A DNA stretch of 64,000 nucleotides from the NCBI GenBank assembly GCA_023898605.1, contig CP060230.1, positions 241,662 through 305,661 of the forward strand, in the 5' to 3' direction. Positions 46,403 through 57,061 of the stretch are shown here, one piece after another (the first letter of the stretch is position 1; each line of letters begins with the position of its first letter). The position numbers and the translations under genes were made by a program. The stretch comes from Candidatus Nomurabacteria bacterium. GTDB lineage: Bacteria > Patescibacteriota > Minisyncoccia > Phycocordibacterales > UBA9973. The notes beneath the pieces were generated by a model, which worked only from the letters and a program-made list of their open reading frames with translations, had not been told where the DNA came from and searched no databases.

Positions 46403-46723
46403 TTAGAATCTTCTATCTTGAGAATGACAGTCTCTACATTTTAGAGAATCAACTCTTGCTGGGTCTGGCTGGAACGGAAGTTCTGTTATAGCCTTACCAC
46501 AAGATGCACATGACCAGTCACCACTGAACATTTGTCTAGGACCTCTGTCTCTAGAACCTGAACCTCTTCTGTCTCCTCCCTTATTCTTTGAGAAACAATC
46601 TCTACATTTTAGAGAATCAACTCTCTCAGGATCTGGTTGGAATGGAAGCTGTGTTATAGCTCCACCGCAAGAAGAACATGACCAGTTACCACTGAACATT
46701 TGTCTGTCGCCTTGATTTTGCAT
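46403..46723 (-). CDS. tandem-duplicated zinc-ribbon protein with an Arg/Gly-rich linker
   Basis: Two copies of RQMFSG-WSC-SCG-AIT-LPFQPDP-RVDSLKCRDC joined by KNKGGDRRGSGSRDRGP. Confidence 0.55.
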   Translation of the reverse strand: MQNQGDRQMFSGNWSCSSCGGAITQLPFQPDPERVDSLKCRDCFSKNKGGDRRGSGSRDRGPRQMFSGDWSCASCGKAITELPFQPDPARVDSLKCRDCHSQDRRF

Positions 46724-46854
46724 AGCAAATTTATCTTTACAATTCTACTAATTGAGCCAAAACGTTATAGTTAATTGTATCGACAAAACTTTTACTATAC
46801 CTAAGACTCCTATATATAAGAATACACTAAAAACAAGTTCTTGTCAAAGAAAAC

Positions 46855-47256
46855 CTAACCGATAAAAACTTGGTGTAAATAAAACGTACATACAGAAACA
46901 GCCCCAGAAAGGAAGATCCCCCAAACTATATCTATGGGGACTATACCGATAGGCCAGCCCTTGATAAGAGAATAGTTTGTAAACTCATATGTCATATAGG
47001 AGAAAAACCCAAACATAGCGCCCAAGAAAAGAGCTTTTTGTGCGGAACCAGAAACTATAGCGGGTTGTATGGCAAAAATAACTAGTCCCAAAATAAATAG
47101 TAAATAAAACGCGATGGCAAAACCCCACCTTGGAGACTCAAGAAGCATGTGTCCCAAAAACTTCTGATATATAGGCTTTGCTATAACTCCAAGCCACAGA
47201 AGGTCTATGATAAAAAACACCGGCAGTGCTATAAAATATGTTGCTATGTAATTCAT
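46855..47256 (-). CDS. DUF2177-like small membrane protein
   Basis: Four hydrophobic helices with a DLLWLGVIAKPIY start. Confidence 0.45.
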   Translation of the reverse strand: MNYIATYFIALPVFFIIDLLWLGVIAKPIYQKFLGHMLLESPRWGFAIAFYLLFILGLVIFAIQPAIVSGSAQKALFLGAMFGFFSYMTYEFTNYSLIKGWPIGIVPIDIVWGIFLSGAVSVCTFYLHQVFIG

Positions 47257-47491
47257 ATATTTATATTATAAAAGTATATGAGTATAACTACAATAATTTT
47301 TATAGTACTCTTGGTCGATGCAATTTCTGCAAATATAGTTTTCTATTTTGGAAGAAATTGGTACATAAGACATTTCAGGATATTTTCTAGATTCTTCCCT
47401 CCAGAAAAAGGTTGGTCTATGTGGTATCTTGTGCTTGTTTTGTATATCGGATACTTGTCTATATAAATAAGGAAATAAAAAAGTAGCTCGA

Positions 47492-48457
47492 CTAAAGCGA
47501 GCTGCGTTGTGTTTGATTCTTTTGGACTATTTCGATTTCGGCAAAGGCCTTTTTCAAAGCTTCTTCCGAAATAACAGACGAACCTATCATGGTGGTTACA
47601 TGTAGGTGTGCTGGCACTCCTCCACTATTTCCAGAAAGAGCTATCGGTTGGCCACTTTTTACTGTGTCTCCTACTGCCACCAAGCTTTTTGATGTGTGAA
47701 GATATTTCGTACAAATACCAAGACCGTGATCTAGTATAAGCGAATTCCCTCCACCGTCTTCTAGATCGGTGTAGCTTCTTACTACCCCATCGTACTCGGC
47801 AAAAACACGAGTTCCATAAGCCGCCCTCATGTCTACACCACTATGCCTATACCAAACCAGAGTATCTCCTCTCCCGTCACACCTAGAAATATACTTTCTG
47901 TACCTTCCAAGTGGACAAGTAACATAGATACTTTTGAGTGGCGGTGAATAAGCAAAGTCAGTAAATAGAGCATCTCCAGACAGGCTTCTTATCGAGTCTT
48001 TGTAATTTCTGGCGTAGTAGATTTTTGCAGAGTCTGCGATCCGAACCCCCATGTTTCTAACCTCTTGGTTTCCACCGGGTTTTACATAAACCGGAAGCAT
48101 ATACCATTCACCATAAATTGTAGCCTTGATAAACATCTTTCCTGTGTCGGTTTCTATGTCGATAGGAACCAAGAAAAGCATAGTGTCACCAATCAAGAAA
48201 CATGGAGAAGTTTCTCCGTTTATAACGACAGACTCAGTTAGTGGCGCCGCCTTTACGACGAGCACATCTCCTTGAGCCACAGTGTCTAGTTTTTCAAAAA
48301 AAACTTTCTTTACTGGAGCTGGGTTGGAGGTAAAAGCAGAATCTGTCTTTTGGTTATCCATTTTCTTGAAACCCCAAAAAGAATAAATTTCAAGATAACC
48401 AAAGACTAAAAACAAACAAATCCAAACGAATCTGTAAAATTTGTATCTTTTTTTCAT
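47492..48457 (-). CDS. M23 family metallopeptidase (LytM-like) with N-terminal membrane anchor
   Basis: HSGVDMRAAYGT...GGGNSLILDHGLGICTKYLH...SGNSGGVPAHLH. Confidence 0.75.
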   Translation of the reverse strand: MKKRYKFYRFVWICLFLVFGYLEIYSFWGFKKMDNQKTDSAFTSNPAPVKKVFFEKLDTVAQGDVLVVKAAPLTESVVINGETSPCFLIGDTMLFLVPIDIETDTGKMFIKATIYGEWYMLPVYVKPGGNQEVRNMGVRIADSAKIYYARNYKDSIRSLSGDALFTDFAYSPPLKSIYVTCPLGRYRKYISRCDGRGDTLVWYRHSGVDMRAAYGTRVFAEYDGVVRSYTDLEDGGGNSLILDHGLGICTKYLHTSKSLVAVGDTVKSGQPIALSGNSGGVPAHLHVTTMIGSSVISEEALKKAFAEIEIVQKNQTQRSSL

Positions 48458-48622
48458 AGATCAATGGTTTCTTTTTATTTTACCCAAGGTTGAAGTAATA
48501 GTCCAAAAAATATATAATAAGACCACATGATAGAAATTAGAAAAGACATAGCTTTTCTAGCAATGATTTCGTCCTTTGTTTTGGGCGCTATTTTGGGATT
48601 TTTTGTCATATAAATTTACTAT

Positions 48623-49678
48623 ATGGATAATATACACATATCAAAAAAGGTATTTTTTCTAACACTGGCCGGGTTTCTAATACTTGGGGTAATTTTTGGT
48701 ATATGTATAAAAAACGCAAAACCAAGCAAAAACAAACAAAACAAAAATAATGTTTTCGACAAAATAACAAACCAGACAACAAACCAAAACGAAGATCAAA
48801 ACTCTGAAGATACACAAAACGACACTAACGATACAAACCAAAACAATGACAACAACAATACAGGAAACTCTGGACCAACAAAAACAAATGGTCAGTACGC
48901 CTCACAAACAATAACTTATGGAAGTACTGGTTCTAGCTCACTCAAGTTTGATTTGAATATCCCAAAAGGTTCTAGTAATCCTCCAGTTATAGTTTGGATA
49001 CATGGCGGAGCGTTTGGACCAGGTGGACTAAATGCAGCCGATGGATACATAGATGACTTTGCAAAAGAGGGTTACGCCATAGCAGAAGTTGCATATAGAA
49101 GCGTTCTAGATGGACTTTTCCCTTCTCAGATACAAGACGTAAAAGGTGCAGTGAGATATCTACGTGCCAATGCTTCATCTCTAGGGATAGACGGGGGTAA
49201 CATATTTGCACTAGGAACTTCTTCTGGTGGTATGACAGTTTCACTTCTCGGAACATCTTGTGGTGTAGCCGAACTCGAAGGAACAACTGGAGGAAACACA
49301 GGCTACTCTTCTTGTGTAGACGGTGTAGTAAACCTATTTGGATCTCTAACGGTGAGCCAGATAACAGACATAAGCGATAGCGTTCTACCAAACCTATACG
49401 GGCTATTTGGATGTGCAGTTGGATCTAGTTGTCCTGACATGGTCAAGACATCTTCTGCTTACTACCTAGATGCTGGCGACCCACCATTTCTTATAATCCA
49501 CGGTGATGCTGACCAAACTGTACCAATAGAACAAAGCCAAGAACTATATAGCCTCATGACTGCCGCTGGAATAGACGTAACTTTTATCACAGCTCCTGGT
49601 GCTGGTCACGACAAAGATACAATCATAACAAATTACTTCGACGAAATAATAAGTTTCCTAAACAATAATTACAACTAA
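48623..49678 (+). CDS. membrane-anchored alpha/beta-hydrolase (esterase/lipase-like) with N/Q-rich linker
   Basis: IVWIHGGAFGPGG oxyanion-hole motif and GTSSGG nucleophile elbow. Confidence 0.65.
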   Translation: MDNIHISKKVFFLTLAGFLILGVIFGICIKNAKPSKNKQNKNNVFDKITNQTTNQNEDQNSEDTQNDTNDTNQNNDNNNTGNSGPTKTNGQYASQTITYGSTGSSSLKFDLNIPKGSSNPPVIVWIHGGAFGPGGLNAADGYIDDFAKEGYAIAEVAYRSVLDGLFPSQIQDVKGAVRYLRANASSLGIDGGNIFALGTSSGGMTVSLLGTSCGVAELEGTTGGNTGYSSCVDGVVNLFGSLTVSQITDISDSVLPNLYGLFGCAVGSSCPDMVKTSSAYYLDAGDPPFLIIHGDADQTVPIEQSQELYSLMTAAGIDVTFITAPGAGHDKDTIITNYFDEIISFLNNNYN

Positions 49679-49679
49679 T

Positions 49680-50456
49680 ATGAACTTTTTTGATAGCGTT
49701 GTTTTGGGTGTAGTAGAAGGCTTTACAGAGTTTCTACCTGTTTCGTCTACTGCCCACCTACTTTTTGCAGAAAAACTTCTAAATATAGGAAGTAGTGAGT
49801 TTGCAAAAACTTTTGCCATAGCAGTACAGTCTGGAGCTATACTTGCTGTTGTTTTTGTTTACTACAAAAGATTCTTCAAACAAAAAGATTTGTTTCTAAA
49901 GCTAGTTGTTGGTTTTATCCCGACAATGATTGGAGGACTCCTGCTTTACAAAATAATAAAGAACGTATTTTTCGAAAGCATGCTTCTTATACTTTCGGCA
50001 CTTTTTGTTGGAGGAATAGTAATGATCCTAGTTGAACATTTCAAAAAAGAAAAACCTGACCAAGAACTAGTTTCAGTCGAAAACATAACTTACAAAAACG
50101 CTATTCTTCTCGGACTATACCAAGTTCTCGCTATGATTCCTGGGGTTTCTAGAAGTGGCGCGACAATAATAGGAGGAAGGCTTTCTGGAATACCAAAAAA
50201 GCAGATAGTGGAATTCTCATTTCTACTTGCCATACCAACAATACTTGGAGCAACTTTTGTAGAACTTCTAAAAGACGGAGTCTCTATCTCTAGCCAAGAA
50301 ATCTGGCTTCTAATCGTAGGGATAGTAGTTTCTTTTGTAACAGCAATTTTAGGTATACGATTTTTCTTAAACTTCATACAAAAAAACTCTTTCAAAATAT
50401 TTGGAGTATATAGAATACTTGTAGCAATAGTTTTGTACTTTGTTTTTATAAAATAA
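49680..50456 (+). CDS. uppP: undecaprenyl-diphosphatase
   Basis: GFTEFLPVSSTAHL and SRSGATI motifs. Confidence 0.85.
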   Translation: MNFFDSVVLGVVEGFTEFLPVSSTAHLLFAEKLLNIGSSEFAKTFAIAVQSGAILAVVFVYYKRFFKQKDLFLKLVVGFIPTMIGGLLLYKIIKNVFFESMLLILSALFVGGIVMILVEHFKKEKPDQELVSVENITYKNAILLGLYQVLAMIPGVSRSGATIIGGRLSGIPKKQIVEFSFLLAIPTILGATFVELLKDGVSISSQEIWLLIVGIVVSFVTAILGIRFFLNFIQKNSFKIFGVYRILVAIVLYFVFIK

Positions 50457-50499
50457 AAAAAGCGGACGCATGCGTCCGCTTTTTGTTTGTCTTTGCACC

Positions 50500-51018
50500 C
50501 TACTTACCGATTTTATTTCCCTTGAGGACTTTTACATCCTCTTGGTCAACTCTTTTGTAAAGGAGGTGCGAACTCTTGCCGGAAATGATCCGGAAATTCT
50601 TTCCTCCATAGGTCAGCTCTCCGCTCGGATTATCGTTGATCTCATTTTCAAGAAGCTTGAATGTATCAGACTTCTCGTCATAAATAAACGGAATAGTCCG
50701 ATCATCGTTGGGGTCAAAACTCACCTCGATAACGAGGTCAGCAGATTTTGCAATGCCGGGAGTTTTTTCCTTAATGACAATCTTTTCAGTAGTATTTACC
50801 ACCTTGCCAGATTCATCTATTTCGGCGGTCGGATCAACTTTGTCCTTCGCAGATGATCTTTCGATCACTATCTCCGAAGAAACATAAAGTTGAAGTGAAT
50901 TCGGATACTCTTCTTCCGAGATACCCTCGTTCTCCAGCTTATTTTTCATAAGCTTTTCAGGTGCGGTACATCCGGCGAATGTCGCCAGAATAACCATAAA
51001 ATATAAGACTTTTTTCAT
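50500..51018 (-). CDS. hypothetical lipoprotein
   Basis: Signal peptide with lipobox TFAGC. Confidence 0.5.
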   Translation of the reverse strand: MKKVLYFMVILATFAGCTAPEKLMKNKLENEGISEEEYPNSLQLYVSSEIVIERSSAKDKVDPTAEIDESGKVVNTTEKIVIKEKTPGIAKSADLVIEVSFDPNDDRTIPFIYDEKSDTFKLLENEINDNPSGELTYGGKNFRIISGKSSHLLYKRVDQEDVKVLKGNKIGK

Positions 51019-51116
51019 CGTGCTGCTTCTTTGATTTGGCTTGATTATATACTATTTGAGAGATATGTCAAGTAGTGTTTGACAGATTGTTTTATAAGTA
51101 ATATAATGCAAAAAAA

Positions 51117-51578
51117 TTGATAAAGATGACCAAACAGAGACCTTATTGGCAAGAAATGAGCCAATCTTTCCTGAAGAGGTACTACGAAAAAATAGAGGCC
51201 CTCGCCAAGGCCTTATCGAAGCAAAGTAAGAAAGAGAGACAATTGGAGAAATATTACAAATCTGCCTTCGAAAAGATTTACAAGGAGTTCAAAATCAAAA
51301 AAATTTTTCATATCGAAAAATATGAATTCCTCGAAAAACTCAGGAAATACGAAGAAGATGTTGTTAAAAAAGCAGTTGAAGAAACTTTGCACGTAGAACT
51401 TCTTCCAGGAGATCATCCGGATGGTGTACAGCTCAATCTACAAGGAGAAATAGAAATGCCATTTTCACAAATATCTTTCAATGAAGATAAAGAATTTAAA
51501 AATTGGCAAAAATCTGCTCCCTGGAGACAAGAATGGTTAAACGGAGAAATCGGAGGATGCTACGGATTTTATCACTGA
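51117..51578 (+). CDS. hypothetical protein
   Basis: ORF only. Confidence 0.4.
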   Translation: MIKMTKQRPYWQEMSQSFLKRYYEKIEALAKALSKQSKKERQLEKYYKSAFEKIYKEFKIKKIFHIEKYEFLEKLRKYEEDVVKKAVEETLHVELLPGDHPDGVQLNLQGEIEMPFSQISFNEDKEFKNWQKSAPWRQEWLNGEIGGCYGFYH

Positions 51579-51661
51579 AACAAATCGGACCTATAATGGG
51601 TCCGATTTTTTTACCTCTATATACAAAAGAAAAAACACGCTTATAAGCGTGGTTTTTCTTT

Positions 51662-52339
51662 TTAAGCTTCGAAAGAAATTATTCCCTTCTCAGCAGTTTC
51701 GACTTGTGTATTTTCGATAACATCCATGATTGCCATAACTTGGTACGCGTATTTCGGTACGATAGTTGGCGGGTTGTAAGCTTTCAGAATTCCTTCTGTG
51801 TCTTTACCACTATAGTGGTAAGCAGTGTTAGGATTGTTTCCACCTAGGTTTTTAGCCACGATGGCGATAGCTTCTTCCGGAGAAGAAAAGTTTATCTTAC
51901 ATGATCCCCAACCCATGAAGCTGTGTGTCGCTTTCTTACATGCATGTTTTCCTCCAGTAGATTCACGAACTGATATGGCAGCAAGTAGTCGCCAATCGAG
52001 ACCGTTCTTTTCTGCTTCTGTCACAAAGACAAGTCCGTATCCAGCTAGGGGCATCGAACGCTCACTAAAGTATGCGTCGATCTTCGCAGCCTTGATCAGA
52101 GTTTCTGTATCACTCTTTTCAAAGTCGGAATTAGTGTTAATTGTTGCTTCTTCTATGATAGAAGAAACGGGGGTATAGTCAGTCATTATTGTCCCGAGAC
52201 CTCCACCTGTAGAAACTACTGATAGAAACGGAAGCATAATGAGTGATCTAAGGTATATATGTTTTGTAATTTGCATAACTAGCAGTGTTTGCTCTGCAAA
52301 ACTCCATGGTAGTAAGGGTCCAAGGACCCACGTATCCAA
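51662..52339 (-). CDS. hypothetical secreted protein, possible glucosaminidase/muramidase-like domain
   Basis: Signal-like N-terminus. AISVRESTGGKHACKKATHSFMGWGS weakly resembles FlgJ/glucosaminidase cores. Confidence 0.3.
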   Translation of the reverse strand: MDTWVLGPLLPWSFAEQTLLVMQITKHIYLRSLIMLPFLSVVSTGGGLGTIMTDYTPVSSIIEEATINTNSDFEKSDTETLIKAAKIDAYFSERSMPLAGYGLVFVTEAEKNGLDWRLLAAISVRESTGGKHACKKATHSFMGWGSCKINFSSPEEAIAIVAKNLGGNNPNTAYHYSGKDTEGILKAYNPPTIVPKYAYQVMAIMDVIENTQVETAEKGIISFEA

Positions 52340-52481
52340 TAAAAAAACCCGTTGTTACGGGAAGGATACTTCCCTAATAGTAGCATATTCAGTCAAAAAA
52401 GTCAATAACTAGACAATAAATACTATTCTGTGTCAATAGTAAAAAGCCTTACAAAATAAGGCTTTTTTACGAAATTAACAC

Positions 52482-54953
52482 TTAATTTGCCCCGTGGCAT
52501 TTCTTGTACTTTTTGCCACTTCCACACGGACATGGGTCATTTCTACCGACTTTACTAAAATCGATGTTTGGGTCAGTAGGCTGAGGTATATTTTCTGGTT
52601 CTTTTTGCGTATTTTGACCCTGATTTACTATATTTCTAGTATCTATCTTGGAAATAAGGTCCAGAACATACTCTTTGAGCGATGCTTCCATCTGATTGTA
52701 TAATCTCAAACCTTCCCTTTTGTACTCAACAATAGGCTCTCTTTGCCCATAAGCTCTTAGATTCACAGAAGATCGAAGGTAATCCATGGTTTCTAGGTGT
52801 TCAGTCCACAAAACATCTGTCGCATACAAAATAATCCTTCTAGCCAAATCTAGGAATTTTTCTTCACCTATTTCTTGCCTTTTTTCAGTTATAACCTTTT
52901 CAGCATCGTTTCCAAGCTCCGAAGTTAGGTTTTTCAAGAACTCTTCTACGCCATTTTCGTCAGAAAGAAGCATTTCTCTTCTTCTTTTGTATACAGATGT
53001 TCTTTGGTGATTAAGAACGTTGTCATACTCTAGAACGTGCTTTCTTGCATCATAGTTTAGACCCTCTATTTTTGTTTGGGCAGTTTTTAAAGCTCGTGTA
53101 ATAAAGCTGTTCTGTATAGGCTCATCTTCCGGAACCCCAAATCTTCCCATCATGCTTTTGACTCTATCCGAACCAAATATCCTCATAAGGTCATCGTCTA
53201 GTGATACAAAAAACTGTGTTTCTCCCGGATCACCCTGTCTACCAGATCTACCTCGAAGCTGATCGTCGATACGCCTAGCTTCGTGTCTTTCTGTACCTAG
53301 AACATATAATCCTCCTAAAGATTTTATTTCTTCATATTCTTCGTGGCTAGAAAGCGCACCACCAAGTCTGATGTCGATACCACGACCCGCCATGTTTGTA
53401 GCTATAGTAACCGCGCCTTTTTTACCAGCGTCGGCAATTATTTCACCTTCTTTTTCGTGATTTTTTGCGTTTAGGATTGTATGCCTTACTCCTTCACCTT
53501 TCAAGAAGTCAGAAAGAAGTTCGCTTCTCTCGATAGATATCGTACCGATCAAAACTGGTTGGCCAGCCTTGTTTACTTCCTTGACTCTTCTTGCGATTGC
53601 TTTCCATTTACCTATCTCGTTTTGGAATATAAGATCATTGTTGTCTTTTCTCTGGATGGGTTTGTTTGTAGGGATAGAAATAACATCCATTCCATATACT
53701 TCGAAAAACTCTTCTTTTGAAGTCTTGGCGGTACCCGTCATACCAGAAAGCTTGTCGTACATCCTGAAGTAGTTTTGGTAAGTAATAGAAGCAGCAGTCT
53801 TGGACTCTTTCTTTATAGAAACACCTTCTTTGGCCTCTATGGCTTGGTGGATACCCTCTGAGTATCTTCTACCTGGCTGAAGTCTTCCTGTAAACTGATC
53901 AACTATTACAACTTCTCCGTTTCTAACTACATATTCTTTGTCTTTGTGGAACAAAGATTTTGCTCTAACCGCAATTTCAAGATGATGAACATACTTGATA
54001 CCTTTTTCTGAATATATGTCTTTTATATTGAGAGCCTTCTCTGCTTTTTCGATACCAGCGTCTGTCATATGTATGGCTCTTTGTTTTTCGTCTACAGTAT
54101 AGTCTTCTCCCTCTATCATAGAAGAAGAAATTCTTGCAAAAATCTCATATAGATTTTCAGAATCAAGGCTTGGCATAGACATAATAAGTGGAGTTCTGGA
54201 TTCGTCTATAAGTATAGAGTCCACTTCGTCTATAAGAGCAAAGTTGTGCCCTCTCTGTACAAGTATTTCTTTATCCTGAGCTACGTTGTCTCTCAGGTAA
54301 TCGAAGCCGAACTCGCTGTTTGTTCCGTATGTTATATCACAGTTGTAAGCTTCTTTTTTTGTAGCTGGTCTTAGGAAATCATAAGAGACCTTGAAAGAAC
54401 CTGTTTCGTCTCTTTCTTCATCTTTTACTTCCTCTTCTTCTTTTGAAGAAAAGTGGTTTGGGTCATATATATATGATGTGTTTTGTGAATTCAAAACACC
54501 GACAGAAAGTCCGAGGAAGTTATATACTTGTCCCATCCAACTTGCATCACGACTAGAAAGATAATCGTTGACGGTTACTACGTGTACACCTTTTCCCGTT
54601 AGTGCGTTGAGAAAAACTGGCAATGTCGCAACGAGAGTTTTTCCTTCTCCTGTTCTCATTTCTGCAATACCACTTTTGTGAAGAACTATTCCTCCAATTA
54701 ATTGAACGTCGTAGTGTCTCATGTTCAAAGTACGTTTTGAAGCTTCTCTAACAAGTGCAAAAGCTGGAGCTAGTATATCGTCCGTTTTTTCTCCATCAGA
54801 AATTCTTTGCTTTAGATTATTAGTCTCTTTTTTTAGATCTTCATCACTAAACTTTTCGTACTTACTTTCCAGACTATTTATTTCTGAAACAATCTTTCCG
54901 TATTTCTTGATTTTAGAATCTTCACTTTCTTTGAAAATCTTCCCCATCTTCAT
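52482..54953 (-). CDS. secA: preprotein translocase ATPase SecA
   Basis: DEAD motor motifs ([22 protein letters not shown]) and C-terminal zinc finger [14 protein letters not shown]. Start set at MKMGKIFKE. Confidence 0.9.
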   Translation of the reverse strand: MKMGKIFKESEDSKIKKYGKIVSEINSLESKYEKFSDEDLKKETNNLKQRISDGEKTDDILAPAFALVREASKRTLNMRHYDVQLIGGIVLHKSGIAEMRTGEGKTLVATLPVFLNALTGKGVHVVTVNDYLSSRDASWMGQVYNFLGLSVGVLNSQNTSYIYDPNHFSSKEEEEVKDEERDETGSFKVSYDFLRPATKKEAYNCDITYGTNSEFGFDYLRDNVAQDKEILVQRGHNFALIDEVDSILIDESRTPLIMSMPSLDSENLYEIFARISSSMIEGEDYTVDEKQRAIHMTDAGIEKAEKALNIKDIYSEKGIKYVHHLEIAVRAKSLFHKDKEYVVRNGEVVIVDQFTGRLQPGRRYSEGIHQAIEAKEGVSIKKESKTAASITYQNYFRMYDKLSGMTGTAKTSKEEFFEVYGMDVISIPTNKPIQRKDNNDLIFQNEIGKWKAIARRVKEVNKAGQPVLIGTISIERSELLSDFLKGEGVRHTILNAKNHEKEGEIIADAGKKGAVTIATNMAGRGIDIRLGGALSSHEEYEEIKSLGGLYVLGTERHEARRIDDQLRGRSGRQGDPGETQFFVSLDDDLMRIFGSDRVKSMMGRFGVPEDEPIQNSFITRALKTAQTKIEGLNYDARKHVLEYDNVLNHQRTSVYKRRREMLLSDENGVEEFLKNLTSELGNDAEKVITEKRQEIGEEKFLDLARRIILYATDVLWTEHLETMDYLRSSVNLRAYGQREPIVEYKREGLRLYNQMEASLKEYVLDLISKIDTRNIVNQGQNTQKEPENIPQPTDPNIDFSKVGRNDPCPCGSGKKYKKCHGAN

Positions 54954-55026
54954 AAGTAAGCATTTTAGCACAAAAAGGGCTTTTTTGATACCCAAAAATA
55001 TATTGAAAAATAAGGACTTTTAGGGG

Positions 55027-55055
55027 TTGACATATGGAGTCTAATCTGCTAAAAT
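55027..55055 (+). promoter_or_regulatory. Consensus-like promoter (TTGACA, 17-nt spacer, TAAAAT) driving a ~75-nt transcript that ends at a terminator
   Basis: Read directly. Divergent from secA. Defines a candidate small RNA of ~55062-55136. Confidence 0.4.
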
Positions 55056-55104
55056 AGGGCCGTGAGTGACAAACTCTAATAGTTATTAAAAACAATACCC
55101 TGGC

Positions 55105-55136
55105 AAAACCCCTCGAAAGAGGGGTTTTGTCTTTGT
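55105..55136 (+). terminator. Rho-independent terminator (aaaacccctc-gaaa-gaggggtttt)
   Basis: Perfect 6-bp GC stem, GAAA tetraloop, U-run. Confidence 0.6.
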
Positions 55137-55185
55137 ATAGAAAAAAACTACAGAAATTGCTATAATTGGTTTGTGCGATAATGCT

Positions 55186-55315
55186 TGCCTTTTGTAGGCC
55201 GGCGGCGCACTCACATAGGGTATTGTGTTGGAGTTCTGCCCCGCTGGCCTACAGCAGGCACGCAAAAAACACAAAATAAAAACAGTTAGATTTTTTTCTA
55301 GCTGTTTTTATTTTT
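55186..55315 (+). ncRNA. Candidate structured small RNA (GC-rich long helix tgtaggcc...ggcctaca containing AGCAG; ends with a terminator at 55281-55315); possibly SRP RNA-like, unresolved
   Basis: High GC (ggccggcggcgcac) in an AT-rich intergenic region. GCTATAAT -10 at 55170-55177. Antisense ORF 55086-55274 looks spurious. Confidence 0.25.
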
Positions 55316-55517
55316 AATAAAAATTATTTTTTTATAATAAAAAAAGTTTTTTGAAAAAAATAAAAATAAAAAATAAAAAGTTTTCCACATAAAAAATAAA
55401 AAAAATATTGTTTATACTTTTCTTTCGTAAGATAATTAATACAGAGGTGATGTAATATTTTATGTTTCATTACATGAGGTCGTGCATCACACATTATTAG
55501 TAACTAGTTACATTAAC

Positions 55518-55658
55518 ATGGCAGCAAAGAAGAAAGTGGCAAGAAAAGCTTCTAAGAAGAGAGCAGCTCCAAAGAAGAGAACTGCAAAAAAAGCTTCTAA
55601 GAAGAGAGCAGCTCCAAAGAAGAGAGCAGCTAAAAAAACTTCTAAAAGAAGAAAGTAA
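55518..55658 (+). CDS. Lys/Ala-rich basic mini-protein (46 aa; histone H1-like), paralog of 43287-43382
   Basis: Manual translation MAAKKKVARKASKKRAAPKKRTAKKASKKRAAPKKRAAKKTSKRRK. Two hairpin terminators follow (55690-55715, 55716-55747). Confidence 0.5.
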   Translation: MAAKKKVARKASKKRAAPKKRTAKKASKKRAAPKKRAAKKTSKRRK

Positions 55659-55756
55659 AGACCACAAAAAAACGAAAGCCTTCTCCTATCAAGAGGGTTT
55701 TTGTTTTGGCAAAAGAAAAACCTCTGCCATAAGCAGAGGTTTTTCATATTGATTGC

Positions 55757-56310
55757 CCATATCTATAAGCCGAATTCTGTATCCAAACCAAAACGGTTTA
55801 GGACGGCAACTATTTATCTAGCCCTTCAATTGCTATCAGGGTCAAGCGACTCAGAGTGTACACATGTGTACACAATACGGTCTTGCACAGTGGTAAGGAT
55901 TTTGCCGTTTCACTAAACTGATTTACAAAAAGTAGATCAGCCGTGCGGCCATAAAAATGGCTTAGCACCCATGTTACCATGGTATTCACCCCAAGAAGAT
56001 TACTCTTCTCAGGCTGTCTTTTGTTTTTCAACAAATAGACGTCACTGCTCGCACCTCTACCAATACCTTTCTCTAAAAGAGCCAAGGCACTGATGACGGG
56101 GGTTACCTTCACACTTTCATGTGAATTCTATTTATATAAATAGAACGCTACCATCTTCCTTTGGAATCGGGAAAGGTGCACACCTTATATATACCCCTTC
56201 TTTATAGCAGCAAAGAAGAAAGAGGCATGCACCTTTCCCAACCCAAAGGCTGTGTTCGGACTTTCCTCATCCACACAAAGGTGGACGCAGCTGCCCGATA
56301 CAGGCAAGAA
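55757..56310 (-). ncRNA. rnpB: RNase P RNA (bacterial type), approximate ends; unusually long (~550 nt)
   Basis: Minus strand carries the P4 signatures GAGGAAAGUCCGAACACAG (56257-56268 region) and ACAGAAUUCGGCUUAUAG (55764-55781), with a GGAAAGGUGCA...UGCACCUUUCC long helix. Confidence 0.7.
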
Positions 56311-56370
56311 GATATTATCACAAAATAGACTATTTGACAAATAGAAAATATGTCTTATAAACAAAGACTT

Positions 56371-56988
56371 TTAGGAAATTACAAAAAAACCAAGTCCTAC
56401 AGCCACAAGGTTCAAAATGGCATGAGACACGCTAACCAAAAAAAGATTGGGTATATATGTGTATATAACTGAAAAATAAAGTCCGGAAATAAAAGCCAGT
56501 GGAAGCATAAATAGTGGCAGTGGGTAGATAATATGAAGCACGGTAAAAAGAGCAGAGTTTATAAGTACTATGGTCATCCTCTCATGAAATACAGACGATA
56601 GCATCTTCATCATAAATCCTCTGTACAAAAACTCTTGGAAAAAAGAAATCGGTATAAATGACAAAAGTAAATACGGATTGATAGAAAAAGAAGGCACACT
56701 TCCCTTGTTAACTAAAAAACTATAGTAAACCAATCCCAGAAAACCAATTGCCGTAAAAGATGCATAATAAAAAAGTCCGCTACCGAACTTGTTTAAGTGG
56801 ATTCCCATATCTTCTAGTTTCCACTTCTCTCTTTTGATTATAAGAAACACGGAAAGGACAACTAAAACAAGTAGTGGTAAACGTTGAGTATGACTTATGA
56901 CTCCATAATAAATCAAAAGAACAGGGAGTAGAAAAATAAGCAATGTTTCGGTCGCAAACTTTTGATCGTTGTCTATATAGAGTTTCAT
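56371..56988 (-). CDS. CPBP-family intramembrane metalloprotease (CAAX protease/Abi)
   Basis: EFLYRGFMMKML and FTVLHIIYPLPL motifs in a polytopic protein. Confidence 0.7.
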   Translation of the reverse strand: MKLYIDNDQKFATETLLIFLLPVLLIYYGVISHTQRLPLLVLVVLSVFLIIKREKWKLEDMGIHLNKFGSGLFYYASFTAIGFLGLVYYSFLVNKGSVPSFSINPYLLLSFIPISFFQEFLYRGFMMKMLSSVFHERMTIVLINSALFTVLHIIYPLPLFMLPLAFISGLYFSVIYTYIPNLFLVSVSHAILNLVAVGLGFFVIS

Positions 56989-57061
56989 AAGTTAAATTAT
57001 AGCATGATAAAAATATCTAAAGACCCAAACAAAAAACCGGCCGATTGGCCGGTTTTTATTT

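Noticed and set aside
55186-55275. Assignment as SRP (4.5S) RNA
   Set aside because: Contains AGCAG and a long GC helix but no recognisable domain IV GNRA/GGAA apex or conserved symmetric loop. Kept only as a low-confidence structured RNA candidate.
55810-56112. 100-aa minus-strand ORF from the track
   Set aside because: Lies entirely inside the RNase P RNA gene defined by its P4 signatures. Reads through structured RNA.
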